The notes beneath the pieces are model-generated. The model did not search any database, was not told the origin of the DNA, and saw nothing but the letters and a program-made list of their open reading frames with translations. Position numbers and translations under genes: made by a program. This document shows positions 1 to 10,413 of a stretch of 64,000 nucleotides of DNA, piece by piece. Origin of the DNA: a virus; the IMG/VR virus record IMGVR_UViG_3300045988_141072, positions 32,001 to 96,000 of that record. One strand, written 5' to 3'. Each line of letters starts with the position of its first letter. Position 1 is the first letter of the stretch.

Positions 1-333
1 TTTGAAGATATTATTTGTCAAGGAATTGATGAACCTATGCTTGCAATAGAGAATATATCATTGACAAGAGATTGTTTTGAAGTATTTGGCAAGAACGAAG
101 ATACTATCAGTTTTATGATGAATGATATTAAATACATTCAGTTCAAATGTAAAGAAGGTAATCAGCTATATGATTTTCTTCAAAACGCATGGGATGATAA
201 CGATAGTATTACATTTAATATTGTCGGAAAACCTTCAATAAACGAATATAACGGCATTAGAACACCACAGATTATTATCGAAGATGTAGCTGTTATCAGT
301 ACAAATAGTAACGATGAGGACGATGATTGGTAG
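1..333 (+). CDS. 3' part of a gene entering from upstream of the window; function unknown; acidic C-terminal tail (NDEDDDW)
   Basis: Frame 1 is open from nt 1 (FEDIICQGIDEP precedes the first Met at 37). Stop at 331-333. No family motif recognised. Confidence 0.4.
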   Translation, partial: FEDIICQGIDEPMLAIENISLTRDCFEVFGKNEDTISFMMNDIKYIQFKCKEGNQLYDFLQNAWDDNDSITFNIVGKPSINEYNGIRTPQIIIEDVAVISTNSNDEDDDW

Positions 334-343
334 GAGGTGAATT

Positions 344-3300
344 ATGTATAGTTCATTACATAACCATACATATTATTCATTACTTGATGGATATGGTAGT
401 CCAAAAGAAATGTTGGACAGGGCAAAAGAAATAGGATTAAAGGCATTTGCCATAACAGAACACGGAAATGTATATTCCCATATTTATTTTGATCTTATTA
501 AAAAAGACTATCCAGATATTAAAATGATATATGGATGTGAGTTATATGAATGTGAAGATATTACTGTTAAGGATAAAGACAATAAATATTTTCATTTGAT
601 TTGTTTGATAAGAAATGAGCAGGGCAGAAAAGACTTAAACAAGGTCATTACAAAAAGTAACTTTGAAGGGTTTTATTTTAAGCCACGATGCACAGTGGAA
701 GATATTAAACCCTATGCTGAGAATTTTGTTATTTCTTCTGCTTGTTTAGCAAGTAAGTTAGCAAGAGAATCAGATTTTGAGAAGTGCATTGAATATATCA
801 ATGAATATAAAGAAGCCTTTCCGCATTTCTTTCTTGAGATGCAGTCACATTCTCATCAGGATCAGTGCTTATATAACCAGAAAATCTTAGAGCTTTCAAA
901 AAGAACAAATACCCCATTTATCATTACAACAGATAGTCATGCACCTAAAAAAGAAGATTTGTATTACCAGGATAAGCTTATTCAGATTGGTAGAAAAAGT
1001 AGCAATAACGACAAAAATGCTATCGAAAATAGCGAGGTATATGAAGGTTGTTATATGCAATCTGAAGATGAAATCCATGAAATTATGGATAGTCAGATTG
1101 GATATGAAAATGTATGTCTTGGATTGGAGAATACTAATAAGGTAGCAGATTTAATTGAAAATGTGGATATGCCATTTCAGAAACCACAGTTACCTACGTT
1201 TCCATTACCTGATGGGTACAGAGACAACAATGAGTTCTTATGGCATTTAGTTAGACAAGGTTGGAAAGATAGAGGATATGACAATCTAAGTGAAGACGAA
1301 CAGCAAGTAAGAAGAACTAGATTGAACTACGAGATGGGTATTATTCATTCAATGGGATTTGATGGTTATTTCTTATTTGTATGGGACTTTATCAAAGCTG
1401 CTGAGACACTTGGAATAGAGGTTGGCAAGGGAAGAGGAAGTGCAGCAGGTTCTTTAGTTTGTTATTGTTGTCATATTACAGATATTGATCCAATTAAGTA
1501 TGGACTCATTTTTGAGAGATTCTTAAACCCTGAACGAGTAGGACTTCCTGATATTGATACAGATGTTGGTAACAGAGATGCAATCATTGATTACCTTGTA
1601 GACAAATATGGAGAAGAAAGAGTATGCCAGATTATTAACTACTCTTATATCACTCCAACAGTCGCAATTACTGATGTTGGTAAGATACTTGGATTCCCAT
1701 ATAATCAGATGCAAAAACTTTCACAGAAATTTACATTCGATAAATGGGATGACTGTATGAAAGCAAATCCAAATTTACTTGCAGACAATCCACAATATGC
1801 TGATTTGTTCGATATTGCAAAGCATTTAAGTGGTCGTGTTAAAACAGTTTCTATTCATGCTGGTGGTGTTGGAATCGTTGATACAACAATTAATGATTAC
1901 ATGCCAATGAAGATAGGAACTAAGGGTGAGCATGTAATTCAAGTTGATAAACATTATGTAGAAGATATTGGAATTGTAAAGTTTGACCTTCTTGGAGTAG
2001 CAACACTGAATCTTGTAAAGGAAATTAAGGACGATTTACATTTAGATCCTTGGGATTATGATATCAATAATCCAGAGTTTGAGAATGATAGACCTACATA
2101 TGAATTATTAGCAAGTGGTAAGACTAATGGTGTATTCCAGGTTGAATCAGCAGGAATGAAAGATTTGCTAATTCGATTAAAACCAAAGCTTGAGCAGTTA
2201 GACTTTGAGGTTATATCTGTCATTTTGGCATTATATAGACCTGATAGTATGGGAGCACTTGACGAGTATGTTGAAATGGCAACAGGTGGAAGTAGACCAC
2301 CATCAATTCATCCAGATATGGACGAAATCTTAAAAGATACAAATTACTGTATGATTTATCAGGAACAGCTTCTTGATATTGTTAAGAAGTTTGGTGGAAG
2401 AACATATGGAGGTGCTGACTTATTCCGTAAAGCGATTGGAAAAAAGATAGTTGAATTAGTGCAGAAAGAGTCAGAAATTCTTCGTGGTGAAATTGTAGCA
2501 AATGGGTATCCTAAAGAGATTGCTGATAAAATTGCGAATGAATTATCGCAAAAAGGCGGTTATCTATTCAATAAGTCGCATTCATATAGTTACGCAGTTC
2601 TTTGTTTCGAGACAGCTTGGTTCAAAGCTCATTATCCAACTTATTTTTTCAAAGCATTATTTAATCAGAATAAAGATAAAGCAGGTGCAATTAATAAATA
2701 TATTCTTGATGCAAGGTATTTTAATGTGGATATTATGCCACCGAATATCAATCATTCTGGAATGAATTTCACAGTCGATAAGGATAAGGTGCTTTTTGGA
2801 TTATCTGCTATTGGTGGAATTGGTGAATCACTTTCTAAGCAAATTATCGAAGAAAGGGAGAATAATGGTATATACAAATCATTTGATGATTTGATTCAGA
2901 GACTTTCTTTAGGTAAGGCATCTGTTATTGCACTGATAAAATCTGGTGCAATTCCTTGTAAAAATAAGCGTGAAAAACTTATATCATATCTTAAATCAGA
3001 GTATCAGCCATTAAAATTCTCAGAAGTTCAATCATTGCCTACCTATAAGAAGCTCGAAGAAGATTGGAACATTGACTTAAAGAAGTACGTGATTCCTTCA
3101 TCTGGAAAACGAATTGTATATGACAAAGAAGCATTACTTACTGAATATAACAGATTAAAAAAGATACAGTTTGAAGAAAATCAGAAGGTAAGATTCCAAA
3201 AGTACATAGATGATAACAAAAAATATCTTGAAGATGAACAGTTTTGGGAATTCCAAACATTACAGGTATTTATCAATGATAATCCATTTGATGCAGCTTA

Positions 3301-3613
3301 TACATTTTTAACACCATTTGAGGATGTACCCGATGGTGAGAAGTGTACTTTAGTTGGAATTATAGCAAAGGTTCAAAAGAAGAAAGATAAGAATGGTAAG
3401 CAATTCGCATATATAAACATCTATTCAAGTTTTGGACTTGTTGAAGGAATTGTATGGCATAGTCAATTAAAGGAATATGAAGATTTAGTTAAAAAAGGAC
3501 AGCAAGTAGCAATTCTTTGTAAGAAAGATAGCGAAGAAAAAGTAATTGTAGAAAAATTAAAGCCATATAGCAAATGGCTTGAATATGTGAGAAAGAAAGG
3601 AGTATCAGTCTAA
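344..3613 (+). CDS. dnaE: DNA polymerase III alpha subunit (DnaE-type replicase with N-terminal PHP domain)
   Basis: AGGAGG at 332-337. PHP start motif LHNHTYYSLLDG. Palm motifs GRGSAAGSLV and LPDIDTD. FQVESAGM fingers motif. C-terminal OB-fold-like region. 1089 aa. Confidence 0.9.
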   Translation: MYSSLHNHTYYSLLDGYGSPKEMLDRAKEIGLKAFAITEHGNVYSHIYFDLIKKDYPDIKMIYGCELYECEDITVKDKDNKYFHLICLIRNEQGRKDLNKVITKSNFEGFYFKPRCTVEDIKPYAENFVISSACLASKLARESDFEKCIEYINEYKEAFPHFFLEMQSHSHQDQCLYNQKILELSKRTNTPFIITTDSHAPKKEDLYYQDKLIQIGRKSSNNDKNAIENSEVYEGCYMQSEDEIHEIMDSQIGYENVCLGLENTNKVADLIENVDMPFQKPQLPTFPLPDGYRDNNEFLWHLVRQGWKDRGYDNLSEDEQQVRRTRLNYEMGIIHSMGFDGYFLFVWDFIKAAETLGIEVGKGRGSAAGSLVCYCCHITDIDPIKYGLIFERFLNPERVGLPDIDTDVGNRDAIIDYLVDKYGEERVCQIINYSYITPTVAITDVGKILGFPYNQMQKLSQKFTFDKWDDCMKANPNLLADNPQYADLFDIAKHLSGRVKTVSIHAGGVGIVDTTINDYMPMKIGTKGEHVIQVDKHYVEDIGIVKFDLLGVATLNLVKEIKDDLHLDPWDYDINNPEFENDRPTYELLASGKTNGVFQVESAGMKDLLIRLKPKLEQLDFEVISVILALYRPDSMGALDEYVEMATGGSRPPSIHPDMDEILKDTNYCMIYQEQLLDIVKKFGGRTYGGADLFRKAIGKKIVELVQKESEILRGEIVANGYPKEIADKIANELSQKGGYLFNKSHSYSYAVLCFETAWFKAHYPTYFFKALFNQNKDKAGAINKYILDARYFNVDIMPPNINHSGMNFTVDKDKVLFGLSAIGGIGESLSKQIIEERENNGIYKSFDDLIQRLSLGKASVIALIKSGAIPCKNKREKLISYLKSEYQPLKFSEVQSLPTYKKLEEDWNIDLKKYVIPSSGKRIVYDKEALLTEYNRLKKIQFEENQKVRFQKYIDDNKKYLEDEQFWEFQTLQVFINDNPFDAAYTFLTPFEDVPDGEKCTLVGIIAKVQKKKDKNGKQFAYINIYSSFGLVEGIVWHSQLKEYEDLVKKGQQVAILCKKDSEEKVIVEKLKPYSKWLEYVRKKGVSV

Positions 3614-3614
3614 A

Positions 3615-5897
3615 TTGGATGAAGATGAGATTTATAAATTCACAGCGATAATTACATATGAGCAATACTACTCGGATGATACAACGTGGGGAGTGTTTGG
3701 ATTTTCAACAAAAGATGATATTCCATTCTTTACAAAACCTACAAAAACATTCGATCCGTTTGGTGATAATAATTCTGCAAATGATACTGAAGATCAAAAG
3801 ATGAGTAAGTTGGCAGGAAAGATGCAACATTTAGTTGTGGGTGGAGAATATGTAGTTAAGGCGAAATACAAAAAAGATAAAAAATATGGCGATCAATATA
3901 CACCGATTGTCATATACGCCATTATTCCACAAAGCAGAGAAACACAACTATTATTTTTGAAATCAATGATTCCTGAATGGATGGCTGATAATTTAATAAA
4001 TGCATATCCAAATGTAGTAAATGATGTAGCGAATGGTACATTAAAAACTATTGATTACAGTCTTGTAAAAGGTGTTAGAGAGATTACTTGGAATAAAATT
4101 AAGGAAAAAATCATTAATAACTATCTTATTTCTGACATTATCTCGATGCTAAAACCAATCGGTGTCACTTATGCAATGATTAAAAAATTGCTTTCAGAAG
4201 AACCAAATCCAGTTTTATTAAAGCAAGAGTTAGAGAAAAATCCATATATCATGACAAAAATTGATGGGATTGGGTTTCGTAAATGCGATGACCTTGCATT
4301 AAAATTGAAGCCAGAACTGATTGACTCTACGCAAAGACTTGTAGCTTTTATCCAATATTATTTTAAAGAATTGGGAGAAAGTAAAGGTCATACATGGTGT
4401 TCTGAAAAAATTTTAAGAGCAGCCATAAGTAATAATGTTTATGAGTGCTGTAATAAGGTCGATTGGCTATTAGAAAATAATGACTTTCTTCATATTAATA
4501 ATGGTCGAATTGGTCTGAAATATTATTACGATATTGAGATGCAGATTTATCATTTGATTCTGAATAAATCTAAAATTGAAACAACAATCAATATTTCTAA
4601 GGAAGCGATTGATAAAGCAATTAAACATGCAGAAGAAGAACAAGGATTTGATTATGTAGTAGAACAGTTAGACACGATTAATAAAAGCTTACATAGAACT
4701 GTTAGTCTGATAACTGGAAAAGCAGGAACTGGTAAAACGTCAATAATGCGAGCAATTGTTAAGGCTTATATGGAGAATAATTATATGATGACAGCTTCAG
4801 CATTATCGGCAATGGCAGCTCAAAGAATTACAGAAGCAACAGAATTTCCTGCAATGACTATTCATCGAACACTTGGATGCCAGGGGTTAAATGATTTTAC
4901 ATATAACAAGGACAATCATTTAATTACAGATGTTGCATTTCTCGATGAAGGAAGTATGGTTAATGCCAGTTTGTTTTTACATTGGCTTGAAGCAATCGGA
5001 GATAATACAAGAATTATTATTTCAGGAGATCATAAGCAGTTACCGCCTATCGGATTTGGTAATGTGTTCTCAGATTTGATTGAAATGTTTGATGATTCAG
5101 TTGTGAGCAAGTTAGTAAAACCTATGAGACAGGCAGAAAAATCAGGTATTCTTGTTGATGCTAATAAGATTCGTGAGAATATAAATCCTATATCTGAGAA
5201 GTTACAACCACGAATTATTCATGGTGAGTTACAAGACATGTATTATATGTTCCGTACAAATCGACAGTCATTATTTAATATTGCTGTTAAGACATTCATT
5301 AAATCTGTTGAGTCAGATGGAATTGACAATGTGGTTATTGCAGTACCTCGTAGAAAAGATTGTTTGAATAGTACCAATGAGATTAATAAGGTTATTCAAA
5401 ATGAGTTACTTGGTGATGTTTTAGAGAGCATTGAAGGTTTTGATACAACTTTCAAACTTGGTGCAAAAGTCATGCAAACAGTTAATGATTATGACAAAAA
5501 TGTATTTAATGGCGAGATTGGTTATGTGACAAAAATCAGTGAAAGATATGATGGTAAGAAAAAAGAAGAGTATTGTGAAGTAACTTACACTGATATTTTT
5601 GGAAAAGACAAAATTATTGAATACACAAAGAAAGAGTTAGCTGCTTTGGATCTTGCTTATGCTATGACAGTACATAAATTACAGGGTGCTGGTCGAAAGA
5701 CAGTAATTGGTATTATTGATAATACACATCATCAGCTTCTTGATAACTGTATGCTTTACACATTATTGACCAGAGCAAAGAAGAGATGTTTGTTATTAGC
5801 TGAACCAGAGGCATTTTTACAGTGTATTAGAACAAGTCATAATAATAGAAACACTTGGATGATGTTAGAAACAGAGAATAATACAGTAGAAGAGTAA
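3615..5897 (+). CDS. recD: RecD-like (RecD2/SF1B) ATP-dependent DNA helicase
   Basis: Walker A GKAGTGKTS, FLDEGSM (Walker B), SGDHKQLPPIG, YAMTVHKLQGAG and TRAKKRC helicase motifs. TTG start directly after the dnaE stop. Confidence 0.85.
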   Translation: MDEDEIYKFTAIITYEQYYSDDTTWGVFGFSTKDDIPFFTKPTKTFDPFGDNNSANDTEDQKMSKLAGKMQHLVVGGEYVVKAKYKKDKKYGDQYTPIVIYAIIPQSRETQLLFLKSMIPEWMADNLINAYPNVVNDVANGTLKTIDYSLVKGVREITWNKIKEKIINNYLISDIISMLKPIGVTYAMIKKLLSEEPNPVLLKQELEKNPYIMTKIDGIGFRKCDDLALKLKPELIDSTQRLVAFIQYYFKELGESKGHTWCSEKILRAAISNNVYECCNKVDWLLENNDFLHINNGRIGLKYYYDIEMQIYHLILNKSKIETTINISKEAIDKAIKHAEEEQGFDYVVEQLDTINKSLHRTVSLITGKAGTGKTSIMRAIVKAYMENNYMMTASALSAMAAQRITEATEFPAMTIHRTLGCQGLNDFTYNKDNHLITDVAFLDEGSMVNASLFLHWLEAIGDNTRIIISGDHKQLPPIGFGNVFSDLIEMFDDSVVSKLVKPMRQAEKSGILVDANKIRENINPISEKLQPRIIHGELQDMYYMFRTNRQSLFNIAVKTFIKSVESDGIDNVVIAVPRRKDCLNSTNEINKVIQNELLGDVLESIEGFDTTFKLGAKVMQTVNDYDKNVFNGEIGYVTKISERYDGKKKEEYCEVTYTDIFGKDKIIEYTKKELAALDLAYAMTVHKLQGAGRKTVIGIIDNTHHQLLDNCMLYTLLTRAKKRCLLLAEPEAFLQCIRTSHNNRNTWMMLETENNTVEE

Positions 5898-6007
5898 TTT
5901 GGATTTCTGGAATGCCCATAAATAGGGCGTTTCAGAGACTCAAAAAGCCAATGAAAGACGGATTTCTTATTAGTCATTCATTGGAAAAGAAAGGAGAGAA
6001 TAAGTAA

Positions 6008-6625
6008 ATGAAAATGCTTGTGTTTTATCGGTCAAGAGAATATACAAATGCAATTATATCTTCAACAAGGTATAAATTGCAAAATATGGATATTGCAAAA
6101 GGTCTTGACGTTGATTTTATTAATTTAGATAAAAGAAACTACATTAAGGTATTGGCTCAAATGGAGGAATTGCCACGCTTTGTATATATTTGGTATGACA
6201 AAGAAAAGGTTACAGATTATATCAATGAGACATACCCATCAATAGAAGTCTTACATTTTGATGTGGAAAATTCAGTCGAAACACACAATAGTGGTTTTTA
6301 TGGATATACAACAAAAGAATATAAGTTAGCAGATTTAATGCTTCAGAAATTTAAGGATAGTCTTGTAAAGAAAACAATGTATCAGGTTGATTCTTTATAT
6401 AAAATTTCAAAAATGGACATGGATGATATGGATATAGCTTGTTCAAAATATCATTCATTTGAGACAAGGGAGGAAGCAAAGCAATATTGTATTGACTGTC
6501 TTAAAAAGGAAATTGATACATTAGAAAATAGAATTGATATGTACCAAAGCAATATTAAGTCTTGCAAAGCTGATTTGAAAAAGAAAAACACACTATTAAA
6601 GAAATACGATATTAAAGCAAATTAA
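6008..6625 (+). CDS. hypothetical protein, coiled-coil C-terminus
   Basis: ORF preceded by AAAGGAGAG. No recognisable motif. Confidence 0.5.
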   Translation: MKMLVFYRSREYTNAIISSTRYKLQNMDIAKGLDVDFINLDKRNYIKVLAQMEELPRFVYIWYDKEKVTDYINETYPSIEVLHFDVENSVETHNSGFYGYTTKEYKLADLMLQKFKDSLVKKTMYQVDSLYKISKMDMDDMDIACSKYHSFETREEAKQYCIDCLKKEIDTLENRIDMYQSNIKSCKADLKKKNTLLKKYDIKAN

Positions 6626-6659
6626 ACGACAGTTTCTTTGGAATATTTGGAGGTAAAAT

Positions 6660-6953
6660 ATGATAGATGAATTTCTTAATGAAATAAAAGAACTGCAAAG
6701 ATATAAAGAAAAATATCTATACGCAAAAGAAGACAAGCAGCGTATGTCAGATTTGTTATATGAATACATGATAAAAGAATATGATAATATGTCGAAGCAA
6801 GAGAGAATATCAAAATATGAAGAAGAATGTTGCAGGCATTGTAGATATAGAGGTTATTGTGAATTCGATTTTCCTGAAAATATTTATGAGCCAGTTAGGA
6901 GCGATAAAGCATGGATTCCGGGTAGAAAGACCTGTGGTAGATTTGAGTGGTAG
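6660..6953 (+). CDS. hypothetical protein (Cys-containing: CCRHCRYRGYC)
   Basis: ORF with GGAGG RBS at 6649-6653. Confidence 0.5.
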   Translation: MIDEFLNEIKELQRYKEKYLYAKEDKQRMSDLLYEYMIKEYDNMSKQERISKYEEECCRHCRYRGYCEFDFPENIYEPVRSDKAWIPGRKTCGRFEW

Positions 6954-6994
6954 ATTTGAGGTGTCTTAAACATATTAGAAATTTGGAGGAATAA

Positions 6995-7426
6995 ATGGAA
7001 ATTTTAGGAAACAATTTATATAAATTTTTCAGCAGGATAGATCCTACAGGTAAATATGCAGATATTACTTACGCAAGCACAAACTATGAAGTGTGGAAAG
7101 TATCAGAAGAATTATTTAAAAATATGTGCGATATGCCAGAAGAAAACTTTGTTAGATTAGCCGGCGAGGATGCATGGTGGAGACAATGTGATGGTAGTGT
7201 ACTTGGTGTCCCTGATACAAAATTTAAAGTAAATGGTAAATATATAATTGGATGGGATACACCAATTTATGCAAGTAAAATAGGTTACAAGTATGAAAAT
7301 TTAACTGATTATCTTTGTAACTGTTTAGGTGTTTCTTCTGCTAAGAATATATGTGCTTGTTGTGTGGATCTTGCTAAATATAACAACATGACTATGGCAG
7401 AACTGTTTGAAAAGTATGGAGAATAA
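6995..7426 (+). CDS. hypothetical protein
   Basis: ORF with GGAGGA RBS upstream. Confidence 0.5.
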   Translation: MEILGNNLYKFFSRIDPTGKYADITYASTNYEVWKVSEELFKNMCDMPEENFVRLAGEDAWWRQCDGSVLGVPDTKFKVNGKYIIGWDTPIYASKIGYKYENLTDYLCNCLGVSSAKNICACCVDLAKYNNMTMAELFEKYGE

Positions 7427-7440
7427 ATAATCAGCAGGAG

Positions 7441-7758
7441 GTGATTATTATAGAATGGTACGTTTATTATCATGATTCAAACAAACAAAAAATTATTAAA
7501 TGGAATATATTCAATCATGGAAGTTTTAAAAAAGAAGTTGATGTGCTTTTAAAAGAGAAAATAGATAAGGATGATTTCTCTGAAAAATTAAAAAGAGAAA
7601 TGATGTATTATTTTTGGTCTAAGTGTGAATATGAAATAATTTTATCACCTTGGACTGGACGAGCAGATGACATTAAGATTGATGTTTATGACCAAATAAT
7701 GATGAATTTTGACAGGTTTGTTGATTATTGTTGGTTATTCAAGTCAGAAAAACTTTGA
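7441..7758 (+). CDS. hypothetical protein
   Basis: GTG start 2 nt after AGGAGG. Coding-like composition. Confidence 0.45.
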   Translation: MIIIEWYVYYHDSNKQKIIKWNIFNHGSFKKEVDVLLKEKIDKDDFSEKLKREMMYYFWSKCEYEIILSPWTGRADDIKIDVYDQIMMNFDRFVDYCWLFKSEKL

Positions 7759-7849
7759 AAATAAGGCGAAATTTGAGATGAAATTTCCAAGGAAATTGGA
7801 CTTTCATTGGGAGAATATTAATGTAAAGAAAGGATAAAAGTGAACAAAA

Positions 7850-8233
7850 ATGAAGAAAATTATAAGTTTAGTTTTAATAAGTGGTTTAGTGTGTACATTA
7901 TTAGCAGGTTGTAGCGAAGCAGAAAGAGTTAATTACAATATATCAAAGCAAGCAACATATTTTGAGTGCGAAAGAAAAATAACTGTATACAATGCAAGAA
8001 CGGATAAAGTTATATTAGAAGCTGAAGGTTATATGGATATATCAAATAACGAAAATAAAGAACTTGTGTGTACAGTAAAAATAGGTAAAAATCAGTATAA
8101 GAAAAACTACATATACTTAAACGATTACACCATGTACGTTGTTGAAGATATTACCGGAACACATACAGATCCATATCATTATAAGATTTACTTCCATACA
8201 GAACAGCCAATTGATATTGAGACAAGACCATAA
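7850..8233 (+). CDS. putative lipoprotein
   Basis: N-terminal signal peptide with lipobox (LVLISGLVCTLLAGC). Confidence 0.6.
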   Translation: MKKIISLVLISGLVCTLLAGCSEAERVNYNISKQATYFECERKITVYNARTDKVILEAEGYMDISNNENKELVCTVKIGKNQYKKNYIYLNDYTMYVVEDITGTHTDPYHYKIYFHTEQPIDIETRP

Positions 8234-8252
8234 GATGAGGAGAGTTTGAAAT

Positions 8253-9011
8253 ATGAAATTTGAAAATACAGAAGTGTTTAATTTCGAAGGTGCTTTTAGA
8301 GGTTTAAGAAATCCCAAGAATAGTTGGAATAGAAGTGATAGTAAATTTAGTGACTATTACGATTTATCAAGAGGAGATGTATCAGAGAAAGAACTAAAGA
8401 AAGTTTTCCAATTGGCTTATATTCATCATAGAACACCAGATGGATATTTTGTGGATATTATTGGTGAAAACGATATGAAACTTGCGCAGACTCTCATTAA
8501 AGCAGGAAATGAGCATAGAAAGTTCATGCGACAGATTTTCGTATCAGTAGATATCACAGCACCTCTTTATTTGTGGAAAGAATTTGATACATATAAGGTA
8601 GGGACGGTTGCGAACTCAACGAGTACCATGCACAAAATTACAAGTCAACCTATTACATTAGATTGTTTTGAAATTAAAGATTATGATAATTCGTTAGTAA
8701 CAACATTGGAAGATGGGAATTGCAAGTTTACATTTTCTTCTTCGGATGAACCACTTGCAATCATTGATTGGCTTGAATCACTTAGACAAAAATATATTAA
8801 AACAAAAGATAAAAGATATTGGAAAGAACTAATTCGATGGCTTCCTGAGAGCTGGTTACAGAAGCGTACAATTACAATGAATTATGAGAATGTTCGTAAT
8901 ATCTATTTTCAGCGTAGAAACCATAAGCTTACAGAGTGGTCAGAGTCGTTTATCAAGTGGGTAGAGTCACTTCCATATGCGAAAGAGTTGATTATGTATG
9001 ATGGTAAATAA
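8253..9011 (+). CDS. divergent ThyX-like (flavin-dependent thymidylate synthase family) protein
   Basis: Overall ThyX-like layout (GLRNPKNSWNRSDS ... EHRKFMRQIFVSVDITAPLYLWKEFDTYKVGTVANSTSTMHK ... RRNHKLTEW). The canonical RHRxxSxxxxSxR signature is not seen. Assignment is from memory of the family only. Confidence 0.5.
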   Translation: MKFENTEVFNFEGAFRGLRNPKNSWNRSDSKFSDYYDLSRGDVSEKELKKVFQLAYIHHRTPDGYFVDIIGENDMKLAQTLIKAGNEHRKFMRQIFVSVDITAPLYLWKEFDTYKVGTVANSTSTMHKITSQPITLDCFEIKDYDNSLVTTLEDGNCKFTFSSSDEPLAIIDWLESLRQKYIKTKDKRYWKELIRWLPESWLQKRTITMNYENVRNIYFQRRNHKLTEWSESFIKWVESLPYAKELIMYDGK

Positions 9012-9029
9012 ATGTTCATTTCATAGGAG

Positions 9030-9254
9030 GTGATTAATATTAGAGATCCAAATAGATTATATAATTTTTATAACGAAGTAACCCGATTACACATGACATA
9101 CATGCCTGATTGGAGAGTTGGTCAGTTTTGGATGAACTTTTTAGGCTGGGTTCAAAATGTAAAGAAACGAGATCCGTTCTTCCCAGAAGAATCAGAAATG
9201 CTTACATATTTAAGAGAATTTTGTGGAGAGGAGAATAAAGAATACGGCAAATAA
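9030..9254 (+). CDS. hypothetical protein
   Basis: GTG start after GGAGG. 74 aa. Confidence 0.4.
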   Translation: MINIRDPNRLYNFYNEVTRLHMTYMPDWRVGQFWMNFLGWVQNVKKRDPFFPEESEMLTYLREFCGEENKEYGK

Positions 9255-10413
9255 ATTAATTGATTTAACAGGACAGAAGTTTGGAAAATTGACAGTTATT
9301 GGAAGATCAGAAGACAAAGTATTACCATCAGGGAGAAAAGTTGTTAATTGGAAATGTATATGTGATTGCCAAAGTGGACAAGAATCACCTAAATATACAT
9401 TTAAAACATGGGATTCATTAAAACGTAATCCGTCACCTTCATGTGGATGCGATACAAATGAAAAACATAGAAAATCAAGAATAAAAAATTTAAAAGGGAT
9501 GAAATTTGGTAAATTAACTGTTTTAGAACAAGCAGAAGATCAAATAAATGAAAATGGAAGACATTATATTATATGGAAATGTATATGCGATTGTCAATTA
9601 AATAATGAAAATCCCCAATATACATATGTTAGAGGTACGCATTTAACAAGTGGTGATGTTAAATCTTGTGGGTGTCTTGCAAAAGAACTTTCTTCAAAAA
9701 GGGAATGCATAGACATAATAGGAAACAAATATGGCATGTTAACGGTTGTTTCAAGAGGCGAAAATACAAAAACAGGTCAAACTCAATGGTGGTGTCAATG
9801 TGATTGTGGAAGCGATTTAAAATTAATTACAAAATCTAATTTAATTAGCGGTAATACATTTTCATGTGGTTGTTATAATCAAAGGAAAAGAAAAGATAAA
9901 AATAACACATATGATTTATCGGGTGAGTATGGTATTGGTTATACATCCAAAGGAGAAGAGTTCTATTTTGACTTAGAAGATTATGACAAAATAAAAGAAC
10001 GATATTGGTTTAAAACTAATAATGGTTATTTTGCAACAAAAAGTTATGGAATTCCTATTATGCTACATAGATTTATTTTAAATTTACCTTCTTTCCAATA
10101 TGATAATCCAGTAGATCACATCAATCATAATACATTTGATAATCGAAAAGTTAATTTGAGGATTACAAATAACTCTCAAAATAATATGAATAAAGGATTG
10201 GCATCTAATAATACAAGTGGTGTAAAAGGTGTTAATTTTGATAAAAATAAAAATCTTTGGATTGCACGTATTTCTGCATATAAAGTCAGGTATCATTTAG
10301 GTGGATTCGTTAATAAACAAGATGCAATTAGGGCAAGAAAAGAAGCGGAAGAAATTCTACACGGAGAATATTCATATGATAATTCAATCAAAAAAGGAGA
10401 ACTCAATGGATAA
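9223..10413 (+). CDS. free-standing HNH homing endonuclease with AP2 DNA-binding domain and three N-terminal repeat modules
   Basis: HNH motif VDHINHNTFDNRKVNLRITNNSQNNMNK. AP2-like GVKGVNFDKNKNLWIARISAYKVRYHLGGF. Three copies of G-x-K(F/Y)G-x-LTV...W-x-C-x-CDC. Start codon uncertain. Confidence 0.8.
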   Translation: MERRIKNTANKLIDLTGQKFGKLTVIGRSEDKVLPSGRKVVNWKCICDCQSGQESPKYTFKTWDSLKRNPSPSCGCDTNEKHRKSRIKNLKGMKFGKLTVLEQAEDQINENGRHYIIWKCICDCQLNNENPQYTYVRGTHLTSGDVKSCGCLAKELSSKRECIDIIGNKYGMLTVVSRGENTKTGQTQWWCQCDCGSDLKLITKSNLISGNTFSCGCYNQRKRKDKNNTYDLSGEYGIGYTSKGEEFYFDLEDYDKIKERYWFKTNNGYFATKSYGIPIMLHRFILNLPSFQYDNPVDHINHNTFDNRKVNLRITNNSQNNMNKGLASNNTSGVKGVNFDKNKNLWIARISAYKVRYHLGGFVNKQDAIRARKEAEEILHGEYSYDNSIKKGELNG

